Below, piece after piece: positions 1-64,000 of a DNA stretch of 64,000 nucleotides. The DNA comes from Octopus bimaculoides (Eukaryota), in NCBI RefSeq assembly GCF_001194135.2, contig NC_068983.1:59965307-60029306 (forward strand). The letters run 5' to 3'. The notes under the pieces are model-generated. The model was given only the letters and a program-made list of their open reading frames with translations. It was not told where the DNA came from and did no database searches. Each line of letters begins with the position of its first letter. The first letter of the stretch is position 1. The position numbers were made by a program, and so were the translations under genes.

Positions 1-1236
1 ATCATTGTCGTCATCATCATAATCATTGTTGTCATTGTCATCGTCATCATCCTTCACTGCCTCATCACTTGATTACCATATTTCCATGTTGATATGGCCT
101 ACATGCAGTTACTGTAGAACTTCATCAATATTCGTCTCACTTTAGCCAGCCAATGATGGTATCTCTATACAGTCACTTCATCTGCAAGAAATAGCAGTTT
201 CAAATCTCTCATATCCACATTCCACTGTCTTAGGAATGGAAAGATTTTGTGTTTCTAAATACAAATCTGTGATAAAAATAATATCATAGATGAAATACTT
301 TTGATCCTTTGTTGACCAGGTCAGGTCTATCTAGGAGTAAATGGCAACAATATTCCTACATTATTTCTTCTGTTAGCCCTAACATCATCAGTTTGCATAC
401 TGCATGTCAGTCATGGCTTGCCATGTAAAAAGCACTGCTGACCTTGCCTGTGCTTGTGCCATGTAAAAAGCACTAAGTTCACTCTGTTGAGTGGTTGGTG
501 ATAGGAAGGGTATCCAGCTGTAAAACTCCTGCCAAAACAGTCACAGAACCCTGGTGCAGGCTTCTGCCTGACCAGCTCTTGTGAAACCATCCCACCCATG
601 CCAGCATGTAATCTGGGTTTCTCGTATAAGCACATGCTCAACTATATGGCTAAGAAGTTTGCTTCCCAACCATGTGGTTTCAGGTTCAGGATGTGGCGTT
701 AGCAATAGTGAGGATGCCATATAGCTTGGAGTATTGGTTTGTTCTTTTAATCAGAACAAAAGTAAGTATTAGACAGGAGTATATATAATCAATCAAGTAA
801 AACCCCAGTGCATTACTGGTACTAACACTGGACAACTGTATTATATGAACTAAGTAATAACAGTAAAGCATCAAGTCCAGCATTCTGTTCATGCAAACTC
901 TAAGTCTTTCACTTTTCATGTTCCTAATTATTAAATACACTTGTGTAATAAGCCAGTATGAAATACACTGAAAACTGTTACATTTACCTGGGAAAGTTGA
1001 CAAAAGTTTTGTTAGAGTTTATTGTGAAACATGGATTCAATAAAGAATATAATGAAGGAAATTAATTGGAAAATAATAAAAAGAGAAAAAAAAAACAGAT
1101 CATGAAATGATAAGATTTTTCAAATTAAAATCAGGAAAATTGAAACTCCTGCATGCTTTTGTATATTTTCTTTCTCTCCCTTTTGCTTGTTTGGTGTCAT
1201 TTCACTAGAATTGGAATGTCTTCTACACTTTTCTAA

Positions 1237-1802
1237 NNNNNNNNNNNNNNNNNNNNNNNNNNNNNNNNNNNNNNNNNNNNNNNNNNNNNNNNNNNNNNNN
1301 NNNNNNNNNNNNNNNNNNNNNNNNNNNNNNNNNNNNNNNNNNNNNNNNNNNNNNNNNNNNNNNNNNNNNNNNNNNNNNNNNNNNNNNNNNNNNNNNNNNN
1401 NNNNNNNNNNNNNNNNNNNNNNNNNNNNNNNNNNNNNNNNNNNNNNNNNNNNNNNNNNNNNNNNNNNNNNNNNNNNNNNNNNNNNNNNNNNNNNNNNNNN
1501 NNNNNNNNNNNNNNNNNNNNNNNNNNNNNNNNNNNNNNNNNNNNNNNNNNNNNNNNNNNNNNNNNNNNNNNNNNNNNNNNNNNNNNNNNNNNNNNNNNNN
1601 NNNNNNNNNNNNNNNNNNNNNNNNNNNNNNNNNNNNNNNNNNNNNNNNNNNNNNNNNNNNNNNNNNNNNNNNNNNNNNNNNNNNNNNNNNNNNNNNNNNN
1701 NNNNNNNNNNNNNNNNNNNNNNNNNNNNNNNNNNNNNNNNNNNNNNNNNNNNNNNNNNNNNNNNNNNNNNNNNNNNNNNNNNNNNNNNNNNNNNNNNNNN
1801 NN
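1237..1802. other. Assembly gap; other gaps at 3635-4239, 4809-4850, 15212-15686, 23336-23839, 31910-32134, 36408-36507, 43091-43150, 46812-46864
   Basis: Runs of N, mostly flanked by microsatellites. Confidence 0.99.
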
Positions 1803-1870
<68 letters not shown>

Positions 1871-4239
1871 TCTCTCTCTGTCTCTATTTCTTACATCCTT
1901 CGTCATTTTCCTGTTTAAATAAGACCAAATAATCAGTTTAAGACTTCATAGTCTCTCCTCATAAATTCATTATATCATAACAGTTTTGTTGCAAGATCAA
2001 ACTCCTGGAGATTCCACTAATTTCAGAATCACTTTCTAGAAACGGTTCAGTAGAGTGATTTCACATTCCAACACTCTCTATGTGTGTGTAGGAGAGGTAA
2101 AAATCCAGTAGTAGGCACTGTCAAGAAACCCATTCATTATATGTTCTTTATAGAGTATCGATGGTGTGCACACCTGTGAATCTGCACCTATATTTATTAG
2201 ATAGACTGAGTCAAGAATAACTAAGTGAAATAACACCTTATTGGCATCAGAATATGAACCGTTGACCCTTTAATTGGCAGAAAAATGCTCTCATGAACTC
2301 AGCCAATGCGACTCAGTTTAATATTTGAAGAGGGAAGTAACTGTGCCAGATAACTCAAGAATAATAAATACATTGTAATTAAGTTTAGTTATAAATTAAC
2401 ACAAAGGAATTTACTTCATGTTTTATGTGTGTATGCATAAGTGGTTGGCATTAGGAAAAGCATCCAGCCGTAGGAATCATATCAAAACAGACAACTGAAG
2501 CCTAGTGCAGCTCTCTGGCTTGCCAGCTCCTATCAAACCATCCAACCTATGCCAGCATGAAAAATGGACTTTAAATGATGATGATGATGAACACAATATA
2601 TATATATGCACATCTACATGATGGACCCTCTCATTGATTTCAACTTATGAGACTCCACATTTTCAATCAACCAGGTGAATCAGTGTAGAAAGTGGCTGAA
2701 TATTCCACAGCCATATGTACACTTAATATAATCCTCAAGTAGAATCAGTGTAACACAGTAAAATGTGGCTGGACATTGGAATTGAAGGTACAATCCATCC
2801 AACATATTTTTACAGAGTTTTGTCCTCCCAAAGCTACAGTAAAGGCACTTGTCCAAGATACCATGCAACAGGACCTCACAGTTGCAAGGCAAACTTCTTA
2901 ACCACTCAGCCATGCTTGCTCTATACATACATACATACATACATACATACATACATACATGCATGCATGCATGCATACATGCACCTGAAGAAGGTTTATG
3001 CAATTGATGCATTCCCTATTACAGATTATGCAAATCTGAAATGTGCATATTAAATGATTTCAAAATATCACTACTTGGTTTGGCATCATCATTGAAACTA
3101 CACACATGCCCGCACACACACACACACACATACACAAACAGCCAACAACTGATGAAGAGTCATTCTTTATGTTACTTGTCTCGTTTTCCTTTTGTTTCTC
3201 TCCTTCGCATATCCAAGTTTACCTCGTATTTCATGGTGTTTACGTATTGTGACGTCCTGTACCCATATATGCATATATTTATACATATATATGTAAGTAA
3301 GTACATATATGTATGTATATATACATGAATATTAGCTGGCCGCCTACACTTTTTTCTGCAAAATAGGGGTAGCTTATCCTGTTCAGGCTATATTATTAGC
3401 ATTATCCTGCGTTTGAGAATTTAAAATCACTTCTTTAACTTTCTAAGACATCTCAACGCTTCTAAAAGCAAACTTCGTTTGTTTGTTTACGTTCATCGTA
3501 ATTTGAATTTAACATAAATATATATTTTTTATTTATATTATAATATGATTGAATGCCACACATCCATTTCCAAGTAAGTTTATCTATCTATATATATATA
3601 TATATAACAGTTGAGGGAACCCGTGGAAGAGGTANNNNNNNNNNNNNNNNNNNNNNNNNNNNNNNNNNNNNNNNNNNNNNNNNNNNNNNNNNNNNNNNNN
3701 NNNNNNNNNNNNNNNNNNNNNNNNNNNNNNNNNNNNNNNNNNNNNNNNNNNNNNNNNNNNNNNNNNNNNNNNNNNNNNNNNNNNNNNNNNNNNNNNNNNN
3801 NNNNNNNNNNNNNNNNNNNNNNNNNNNNNNNNNNNNNNNNNNNNNNNNNNNNNNNNNNNNNNNNNNNNNNNNNNNNNNNNNNNNNNNNNNNNNNNNNNNN
3901 NNNNNNNNNNNNNNNNNNNNNNNNNNNNNNNNNNNNNNNNNNNNNNNNNNNNNNNNNNNNNNNNNNNNNNNNNNNNNNNNNNNNNNNNNNNNNNNNNNNN
4001 NNNNNNNNNNNNNNNNNNNNNNNNNNNNNNNNNNNNNNNNNNNNNNNNNNNNNNNNNNNNNNNNNNNNNNNNNNNNNNNNNNNNNNNNNNNNNNNNNNNN
4101 NNNNNNNNNNNNNNNNNNNNNNNNNNNNNNNNNNNNNNNNNNNNNNNNNNNNNNNNNNNNNNNNNNNNNNNNNNNNNNNNNNNNNNNNNNNNNNNNNNNN
4201 NNNNNNNNNNNNNNNNNNNNNNNNNNNNNNNNNNNNNNN

Positions 4240-4289
<50 letters not shown>

Positions 4290-4746
4290 CCCTTACACTT
4301 ACAAAACTCTTAATTTCCCTTTACTTCTGGTATCTGTCTCCTTGTTACAATATATTCCATTCTTAACCTAGGAAACTATTCTGACCCTAGTAAAGACATA
4401 CCTACCTACCATCGTTATTTTCAATAATTCAAAAGAAATTGAAAGAAACAAGGAAAAAAATGCACATACTTTATAATCTTGAGTTTGTTTTGCAATTCAA
4501 TTAACTCAAGGTCAAGGAAAAACACATTATATATTCATTACTCATTAGCAGCATACATTGAATCCTTCTCAAAATTTACAGACACAATGCGTCAATCTTT
4601 GGACCTTTCATAACAAGCACATATTTATAACAAAGACTTGTGTCTCCATATATTCATAAACACCTATAAGTTTGTGTGTGTGTGCGTGTGTGTGTGTGTG
4701 TGTGTGTACATATATATATCTATATCTATCTATATATATATACACA

Positions 4747-4800
<54 letters not shown>

Positions 4801-7074
4801 AATATATANNNNNNNNNNNNNNNNNNNNNNNNNNNNNNNNNNNNNNNNNNATATATATATATATATATATACTTGTGAAATGAGATTCTATAGGAAAAAT
4901 AGAATATTTTCATATTTATTGCTTGATGTAACTTGAAATGAACCATGTTGTTAGACCAGCTGTTTAAATGACTGGTTTCTATGGCACCATCTACGTCATT
5001 ATAAAACCTGACTACTGTATTTCCTGGTGTAAAAGACACATTTATTTAATTGAAAAATCTAACCTCAAATTCCACTATATTTTGTATGCTGGTTCATTTA
5101 CTGCAATAAATGAAATTGAAAAGGCATACTTCTTTCCTCCTAAACCAATCCCTTGAAAACATTGGTGCATCTTATTAAGAGGTGCTCTCTGCATACCCTG
5201 AATAATTAAGTACGTAGTTCAGATTTAGAAGCAACAAGGTGAACAAAAGCTTTTATATTGGAAATTGAGTTTATGATCCTAACCCCAAAGGCTTGATGCA
5301 GTATCAAAACCTTTCTATTCACACATACATGCACATTTGTTATAATATACAAACTCAAAATATTTATTCATTTAATTAGGTACAAGGCTATTAATCATAC
5401 AGAGTGGAACTGTATAGTCAATTAAAGCAGCTCTGTTTATTACTAGTAAAAACTGTATTTAATCTAAAGGGATGGAATACAAAATAAACTACAGCAGGAT
5501 TTGAAGTTAAAAAGGCAAAGCATAATACTGTTAACCACTTATTTCAGAAACTCTGACTATTCTGATGTTGTACCTTCTTGCATATACACAAATACATACA
5601 GAAAGTCAATAAGTGAGCTTCTATATGATTTCTTTACTTTTTAGAAATAGTAAACAAATCTCACTCAAATTACATTTTACCACTGAATCATACAGGTCCT
5701 AGATACAGTGTACCTGAAAAAGCAATGGAATGAACTTGCTGGAATGCTTTTCATCAAAGATCTACTTCTTATCTTTGGACAACAACCACAATACAGACAT
5801 TGTTTTGATATGTTAAACTGAAAGAAATTGCAGAGATATAAGAGATGCAATATATGACGATAGGTTGTTATTATAAATCAAATAAATCCTATATCAGTGT
5901 TAAAATATTTTTAAAATTCTGGCTTCAAACATGCATTACAACATTATTAAACACAATGTTCTTTCCAGTTTCTTACAACTATCACTCCCCACTTATTAAA
6001 TCACATAATATCAACAGCAGTTTCCTCTCTCTAAATATAAATTCAATCCTGGTTTTCAATCTTATAAAAAAAAGTATCTTGAAGAGGCTTTAGTACCAAA
6101 TACTAATTAGGTTCATCCTGACTTTCTGACTTTCACCAAAATATTCAGACAAATTTAAACAGCTTCACAGCAAACTGGGTAAAACAAGACCAGACTACTC
6201 CACAATAAAAATAATATATGAAAATTTAAACATGTTCTTAGCCCAGACTGTAGGATATAGCAGTTCAGTTGGATCTATTGATAATTGATTAATCTCAAAT
6301 GTGTGATTATCAATCTCCATGCTAGCTCAGCTCCAGCAAATATATAAATCTTCTTAAATTTTATATTTCATTCAGTTTCATCCAGTTTGTTGAAATTCAG
6401 GAGAATTTTTTTTTTTTAATCTCAGTGATTTTATCAAAAATTAATTAATAACAGCATGAGGACTTTATTTGTTAAGCTTTTTTGTTTTCACATGTTTAAC
6501 TCTTAAATCTACAATGAAACTTGTAAAGAGAAATATTGAAGGTTTGCCATAAAGCAACAATAGTTGTTAACAGAATCACACAAAAATAATAATAATAATA
6601 ATTGAGAAGTGATAAAACCAATTTATTCACTTTAAGAAAATCCATTTATTCACTCTCAAAATATCCATTTTAATGTTACATACATAAATCCAAACTTCAA
6701 GCTATGAACATTTCTAGCATCTACTACAGTTTCTTTATTACCTAATGTCTGGTTGTAAATGCTGAATCATTTATTGGTAGCACATCTATTGTATCTTAGT
6801 GTTATCATCTTTCACACCACTTTTCTTTATTTCATCATCTGTCTTTGATAATCATTCATGTACTTTGTAGACTACTACTTCAGGTTCATTCTGTTAATAC
6901 AACTTGACTCCAAAAACATATGATGAAAATTATCAAAGCAAGTCATATTCATTTTATATAAGACAAAATCTAATAAAGCATGAACTCTGTTGCACATTTT
7001 TACAGGTTTCTTTTCTCTTTTACCAGTTAAGTGCAAAAAGCTTTTCTCACTTACTTTTGTTTTCTTCTATCAAG

Positions 7075-57713
<50,639 letters not shown>

Positions 57714-57818
57714 GTAAGATCTCTCTCTCTCTCTCTCTCTAATTGTCTTTCTTCTTCTTTTCCTCCTCATCCTCCTGATTTTTATTATTATTATTATTAT
57801 TAATATTATAATTATTAA

Positions 57819-58032
57819 GGCAGTGAGCTGGCAGAATCGTTAACACACCAGATGAAATGCTTAGTGGTATTTCCTCCGTTTTCAATTCTGAGTTCAAATC
57901 CCACTAAAGTTGACTTTGCCTTTCATCCTTTCGGTGTTGATTAAATAAGTACTGGTGGAGCACTGAGATCAATGCAATCGACTAGTCCCCTCCCCACAAA
58001 TTTCAGGCCTTGTGCCTAGAGTAGAAAGGATT
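57819..58032 (+). mobile_element. SINE family C copy about 105 nt downstream of the last exon
   Basis: Full head-to-tail match to 31525-31760 and 52328-52540, bounded by (TTA)n. Confidence 0.8.
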
Positions 58033-58829
58033 TATTATTACTTCTATTCTCTCTTGCCTCCCTCTCTTTCTCTCTCTCTCTCTCCCTAAAGGCACACACA
58101 CACACACACACATGCATAAACACACACATGCATGCACACCCACACACAAGCACTCTGTTGCTTATGGAGATGAGTGTTCCAATTGGTTGACTCAATGCAA
58201 CAGCCTGCTCATGAAATTAATGTGCAAGTGGCACTGGACAAATTGTTTAGAAGTATTTCGTCCATCTTTACATTCTGAGTTCAAATGCCACTAGGGTCAG
58301 CTTTGCCTTCCATCCTTTTGGGGTCAATAAAATAAGTATCAGTCAGGTGCTGTGGTTAGTATAATCAACATACCTTTCCCCTCAAAAACTGCTGGCCCTG
58401 TGCCAAAATTTGAAACCCTTATTAAAATAGATCCACCATGAGCCTTGCATTTTGTCAAAAAAATAGGATAAACAAGAAATTTCTAAAATATTAGATAATA
58501 ATTATATTTGCATGGAGCTGCAGATGGTAGGAGGATCAGCCAACCCAGTCAAGCATACACTACCCATAAGGAATAATGTGTGTGTGTGTGTGTGCGTGTG
58601 TGCGTGTGTGCGTGTGTGTGTGTGTGTGCGTGTGTGTGTGTGTGTGTCAGTGCTACTATGGCTATGCAGTGAAGGAGTTTGTTTCCCAATCATATAGCTT
58701 TTAGGTTCAGTCCTATTGTGTGACACCTTGGGCAAGTGACTTCTACTGTAGCCTCGGTTTGACTAAATTTTTGTGAGTGGATTTGCAAGATGGAAACTGG
58801 AAAAAAAAACATTTATACACACACACACA

Positions 58830-59150
58830 CAGTGTGATCAGAAAGTATCAGGACTGGTGCTATAAAAAGAAGACTACAACCCATATCAATTCAGCATTTA
58901 ATTTCCTTCAAAGCCACACACTTTAAACACCCTTCTAAAACCACACACTTTAAACAGTCTTGTTTTCAGTGTTGGAAGCATTCCTAGAACCCACTTTGGC
59001 TTATTGGGAGCAGCTGCATCATCACATTCTCTTGCATTTCTTTGACATCTTGGCATCTTGTTGGTGTCTTCTTCTGCAAAGACTGAGTCTTGGTTTCTGG
59101 GTCATAGCCACAGACCCACAATTCAACACCTGTTATTCCTATTTCAAATT
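58830..59150 (-). mobile_element. Degenerate, internally deleted mariner transposase relic
   Basis: Minus strand of about 59074-59136 reads ITGVELWVCGYDPETKTQSLQ (mariner ITGDETW..YDPETK motif); mariner-TIR-like cagtgtgatcagaaagtatcaggact at 58830. Boundaries approximate. Confidence 0.7.
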
Positions 59151-59166
59151 TTAAGGGATCTTCCTA

Positions 59167-59255
<89 letters not shown>

Positions 59256-59989
59256 CATTATTAAGGCAGTTAGCTTGCAGAATCATTAGTATTTAAGACA
59301 AAATATTTAGCAGCATTTCTTTTGGCTCATTATTTTTTGAGTTAAAATTCTGCTGATGTCATCTGTGCCTCTTAAATAAAGTACCAGCCAAGTCCTGGGG
59401 TCAATGGCATTCACTACCCCTCCCCAACTACTGGCTTTGTGCCAAAATTTGAAACATTATTTCAATTTTTCTTTTTCATCTTAATTTTGGTCAATTTGTT
59501 CGTATTTTTATGTAAAGTTTATTCTGAAATTTTTACTTGAGTTGATAATGTACATATTCACGTATGTAAGCATATACAAGTACTATTTAAGTACGTGAAT
59601 ATGTGCAGGTAGTGCAGATAGATATGGATGCCAGCTTTTGAGGTTAAGTTTGATATTAAATCCTTTCTGATATCTAAAATAAATGAATTGTAATTCAAAT
59701 TTAAAGCTACAGCATGTAATTTATAAAATCTAAAACAATCAGAAGTTATTTATAGAAACACAATCAATAACTTGACTGACCAACCTTTGTACTTGAACAA
59801 ATCCAGGCAAATATGGTTTTAAATAAAATCAAAGTAAAACATTAAACTATGACAATATTTGACATGATTGAAAATGTTCTAAGAATCTAAATATGAAACA
59901 GAAAATAAATTCTTATTTTATTTGTTGATATATATTTTGCCAGTTGATAATTTCTAAAATGGGCTTTTGTTTTACATATATATATATAT

Positions 59990-60056
<67 letters not shown>

Positions 60057-60419
60057 TACATACACATATATATGTGTGTATATACATATTGTAATTATTA
60101 TAATTATCATTGCTATCATTCATTCTTTTAAAATGTTTTTCAGCTTGGCGCTAGTATTTCCTGAAAAATATGGAAATCTTCAGTTAAAAACTACATTTGA
60201 TATAGGAAGTAAGTTTGACTTTCTTATATTTCTTACTACATTACACAAATGTAAAAACAATATTATATCTATCACTAAACAAGTGTTTATTGTAGGCCCT
60301 TATATACAATTATCCAAGCATTATTATTATTAATATTATGTGTTTCTTTTCTTCTTTCAATTTTGTTTCCATTTCTTGTCGAGTGTCTTCCCAATCATTA
60401 TCATTATTATTGGTATTGT

Positions 60420-60831
60420 GAAAGAGCAGCACACACCATCAAACTAACAGTGTGGTGCAAATATGCAAAAAAAAATATACCTATCATGACTACCCATTTA
60501 ATATGGTTACACCAGGCATAAGCATCACAACCCTATGTGCATGACATGGTGATTTCATATCAAGATAAACAGTGTAAGACCTTGCAGGTAGGCCCAGTTA
60601 GAATTTTCTTTAAGTCAAGTAGACAATCCTGCTCAAAAGGTCCCTGAATAAGGGTTGTTTAAGGATGATGAATGAAACACCCATGTTTCCAGAGGTGAAC
60701 TATTCAAACCCCCAAAGAATTCCTCTCAACACATAATGCTCCCCACTGGTTCTGCTCATGATCAGAGATGCACATATCAACAGTCACTAAGGGACATGCT
60801 CATCTGAGCAGAATATTTGCTGTAAACCATC

Positions 60832-60835
<4 letters not shown>
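60420..60835 (-). mobile_element. Inverted copy of the 18335-18860 repeat
   Basis: Shared blocks such as aacatgggtgtttcattca, gatcagagatgcacata and gagcagaatatttgc; ends in (TAT)n. Confidence 0.7.
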
Positions 60836-60898
<63 letters not shown>

Positions 60899-60934
60899 AT
60901 TGGCAATCTACTTTGACTCTATTATTATTATTGT

Positions 60935-61177
60935 TCAGTAGTTTTATTTTTATAACGTGCTTTCACTTCACTACCGAGCACAGCTCTGTGCGCCTTGGGT
61001 ATGTGCTGTGGTTTGCTGTGGTGCTCTTATGTTTACTGTATTGAAAGTGTTTTGCATAGAATGTGTGCAGTACCCAGTAGTGCAATTTTCTGTATGTTAT
61101 ATATATTTGTAAGTCCTGGTGTTTTTGTTATGTATTTGTCTGAATATTTTTTTATTATACCTAAGGCACCTACTATG

Positions 61178-61179
<2 letters not shown>
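60935..61179 (-). mobile_element. Young 5'-truncated R4/Dong-like 3' end, 245 bp, embedded in (TAT)n on both sides
   Basis: Near-identical reverse complement of the 3' end at about 23939-24183. Confidence 0.9.
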
Positions 61180-61230
<51 letters not shown>

Positions 61231-61249
61231 CATTATTATTACTGGTATC

Positions 61250-63530
61250 AGTAATCTTATTTTTATTATGCTCTTACACTGCACTACCAAGTGTAGCTCT
61301 GTGTGCTTTCGGTATGTGTTGTGGTTTGTTTTGGTGTCGTTAGTTTGTACTGCATTGAAAGTGTTCTACATAGAATGTATATGGTTCCTAAGAGTGTTAT
61401 TTTCTGTCTGTTATATATATGTGTAAGTCCTGGCATTTTGGTTATGTACTTGTCTGTATGATCTCTAACCATATCTAAAGTACCTGTTAGTATAAGGATT
61501 GTTTCTGTATTCAGGTTATCTCTATTTCCATATTTTGACAGATTTTCTGTTTCTTCTAAAGATACATTGTCATCTGCTGTGACTGATATCCCAATAAGAA
61601 GTCATTTTTTTATTGGTGGTCCCTTACAACAATATCTGGCCATTTGGCCTTAATCTCTCTATCTGAGTGAGTTGGCATATCCTAGAGTATGATTTTTTTG
61701 TCATTTTCAGAAACCTCTTCTGGAGTAGACCTAAACCATTTTTTTTCTGACACAACTTTCAATGTTTATAAATCCCAAAAGTATGTGGATATATTCCTTC
61801 TTGGTGAAGACTGCGCTGCCTGAGACAATATGATTTATTCTTTCTTCCCCCATCACCACATATTCTGCAGTTACTGTATTTTTCTTCATTATGTGTGTGT
61901 TTTTGATTGTTTCTGGTGAAGAGGCTTTGATTTTGTGCCTCAATTAAAAACCCTTCAGTTCTGTATTAAGTCCCGAGCTTCTCAACCAGGGTTGGAATTT
62001 AACTTTGTCTATTTCTTTTCTTTTTAGTTTATCCCATTATTTGCCATGTAAGGGTTTTCTCACCATTGTTTTATCATGGCATTTTGTAGTTCCAATTTTA
62101 GCTTAAATTCTAGCTGCTTTACAGCTTCTGTTGTTTCTTCTTCTCTATTGTTGTCAAATATTATGACCTCTTTGTTGCATTCTTTATCTTCCTTGAAGAC
62201 AGAAAATGTTTTGTTTTTTTTTTGTTTTTGCTCATGCATTGTGGTTATTTGTACCAGTTTTCCTTGATTCTGAATTAGATATTTCCTTAGTCTTGTGGTA
62301 GTTATTTTATAGTAATTTTCTAGTTGTATAAGGCCTCCATCACCTTCGGATCATTGTATATATAACTTTTCTATGCCAGATTTTAGGTGGTGAATTCTAA
62401 ATGCAGTCATTATTTTTCTGTTCGGTATTGCTAGTTCATTTAGTGTCCTGTTAATAATATTGTAATTGTACCTTATAACTGGGACAACTGCAGCACCAAT
62501 ATCTTATTTTTCTTATTTTTTACATTGAGTTCTGTTTTAAGTATTAATCTAATTCATCTATAATATTCCTGTCTTATCTTTTCTTTCAGTTGTGCATGTT
62601 GTACCCTGTCTAATTCATTGATTCTTAAGCATTTGTATTTTTGAGTTTGGTCTATTTCTTTTATTTCAGTTTCTTTTTATTTAGTGACATTGTTATTCTT
62701 AATTAGTTTTCCTCTTTCCAAGGTTGCTTTGACACATTCTTTTTTTTTGTTGAATCTCGTATTTATTTCTTTGGTAAATCTGTGCATTGTCTGTAGCAAT
62801 GTTTTCAGTAGTTTATCATTTGCAGCATACAACTTGAGATCATTTTTTTTCTAAAGATAGTTGATTGTTTTACCATAACAGTTGTAACTACATCCAGTTC
62901 TGATAAGTATGTCAGTTAAATGCATTAGTATCAGAAAAAGAGTGAGAAGAGCAAGTCTCCTGGGAATATTTCTCTTCTACAGGAGATGGATTTAGTTTTT
63001 TATTATTCCTTCTTTTATCTGTAGCTGCAGAACTATTTGCCATTTATTCATGACATGTTTTATATTCTATTTTATTATTATTGGTGCTACCTTGTTCATG
63101 GCTAGTGCTTCCAGGATCCATGTGTTGGGAATACTGTCAAAAGCCTTCCGGTAATCAATCCAAGCCATGCTTAGACCCTTCTTTTTCTTTCAGTAGTCTT
63201 TAGTTATAGCTTTTATTGATCATTAAATGATCTTTAAAGGTATATGAGCCTTTGCAGAATCCTTTCTGCTCTTCTGGAAATGGGTTGTTTTTTCTTCTAG
63301 ATGTCTGCCCACTCTCTGTGATATTATTACAGTTAAGGCTTTTGTCGGTTTTAGGGAAACATGTTATGGGTCTGTAGTTTTTGCAAGTTGTGGCTTTCAG
63401 TAGATTTGGGGATTAAGATTTTTTTCCCCTTCTGTGAGTCATTCAAGTGTTGCCTCTGGCTCCATCAGCATCTCATTAAACTTCTTTGTCCATATCTTAT
63501 GTGTCCATATTATACTTTAACTTTATCGTT
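61250..63530 (-). mobile_element. Older, heavily mutated R4/Dong-like LINE of about 2.3 kb, RT to 3' end
   Basis: Minus-strand remnants GLSMAWIDYRKAFDSIPNTWI (about 63120-63180), NDLKLYAA (about 62821-62845) and LYIQ*SEGDGGLIQLENYYKITT (about 62295-62370), plus a diverged 3'UTR at about 61260-61340. Confidence 0.85.
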
Positions 63531-63730
63531 ACAGTTGTTGTTGTTATTATTATTATTATTATTTAAATTCCACTGAAGTTGACTTTGCCTCTCATCTTTT
63601 TGAGATCGATAAATTAAGCACCAGTGTAAACACTGGGGTCAATGTAATTGACTAGTCCCCTTCCCCAAAAAATTTCAGGCCTTGTGCCTTTAGTAGAAAG
63701 GATTATTTTTATTATTATTATTATTATTAT

Positions 63731-64000
63731 TCAGTAGTTTTATTTTTATAACGTGCTTTCACTTCACTACCGAGCGCAGCTCTGTGTGCCTTGGGTATGT
63801 GCTGTGGTTTGCTGTGGTGCTCTTATGTTTACTGTATTGAAAGTGTTTTGCGTAGAATGTGTGCAGTACCCAGTAGTGCAATTTTCTGTATGTTATATAT
63901 ATTTGTAAGTCCTGGTGTTTTTGTTATGTATTTGTCTGAATATTTTTTTATTATACCTAAGGCACCTACTATGATAGGAATTGTTTCTGTTTTTAGATTC
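63731..64000 (-). mobile_element. Young R4/Dong-like LINE 3' end that runs off the window
   Basis: Reverse complement matches 23914-24183 with about 6 differences in 270 bp; (TAT)n tail. Confidence 0.9.

Noticed and set aside
1187-4371. Long ORFs spanning N runs, also 15024-15737 and 23098-23933
   Set aside because: They are open only because N is translated as X; the flanks are microsatellites.
4608-5039. Minus-strand ORF start PGNTVVRFYNDVDGAIETSHLNSW with an acceptor-like ttttacaccag
   Set aside because: No good donor and no family I can recognise; it runs into microsatellite.
1-7074. Expected upstream exon (CNQAIMLITDG...WP-type)
   Set aside because: Not found in readable sequence; it probably lies in an N-gap or before the window.
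58970-59045. ttgttttcag followed by (S)VGSIPRTHFG as the next alpha2delta exon
   Set aside because: It hits a stop without a donor and overlaps a mariner relic; the next exon is probably beyond 64000.

Overview
AT-rich, microsatellite- and retroposon-dense eukaryotic DNA. The repeat families look like those of octopod cephalopods, so probably an Octopus draft assembly; this is recognition from memory, not a database match. There are nine N-gaps. The only supported host gene is a + strand fragment of a voltage-gated calcium channel alpha-2/delta subunit (CACNA2D3/4-like, Drosophila straightjacket-like). Nine GT-AG exons (7075-7153, 9226-9275, 10392-10499, 13192-13248, 26732-26812, 28512-28586, 29849-29923, 39127-39204, 57652-57713; 665 nt) splice into one open frame: VRIFPYLIGREVADNRQLRWMAGANKGFYTHISTLADVEERVQNYVKVLSQPLAKPTSHPHIMWTPVYADFIAPELTEDNMRLVTSVSMPVFNKKDNSDNAYKLLGVVGTDVPIDQIISLIPKYQLGVHGYAFAITKKGYVLFHPEFRPFDNGRPKTNYNSVDLTEVELTSNVSVVKNLETAMKDGHQGSISMNVAVHKDFIRVSKRRYHYYYNNIAGFPF. 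This covers the end of the VWA domain and the Cache region; the gene starts before and continues after the window. The introns hold R4/Dong-like LINEs in (TAA)n tracts, RTE-, CR1/L2- and Penelope-like relics, mariner, piggyBac-like and hAT-like remnants, and many SINEs. Almost all ORFs in the supplied track are microsatellite, N-gap or TE artefacts. Top observations: (1) the Cys equivalent to alpha2delta-1 C404, the alpha2-delta interchain disulfide, is Gly here; (2) a mariner fold-back with 247-bp arms; (3) a near-perfect 71-nt pre-miRNA-like hairpin beside a candidate antisense exon; (4) about 98% identical inverted LINE ends bracketing five exons; (5) a candidate 18-nt microexon. I found no convincing evidence of a wholly new biological system; these are testable leads.
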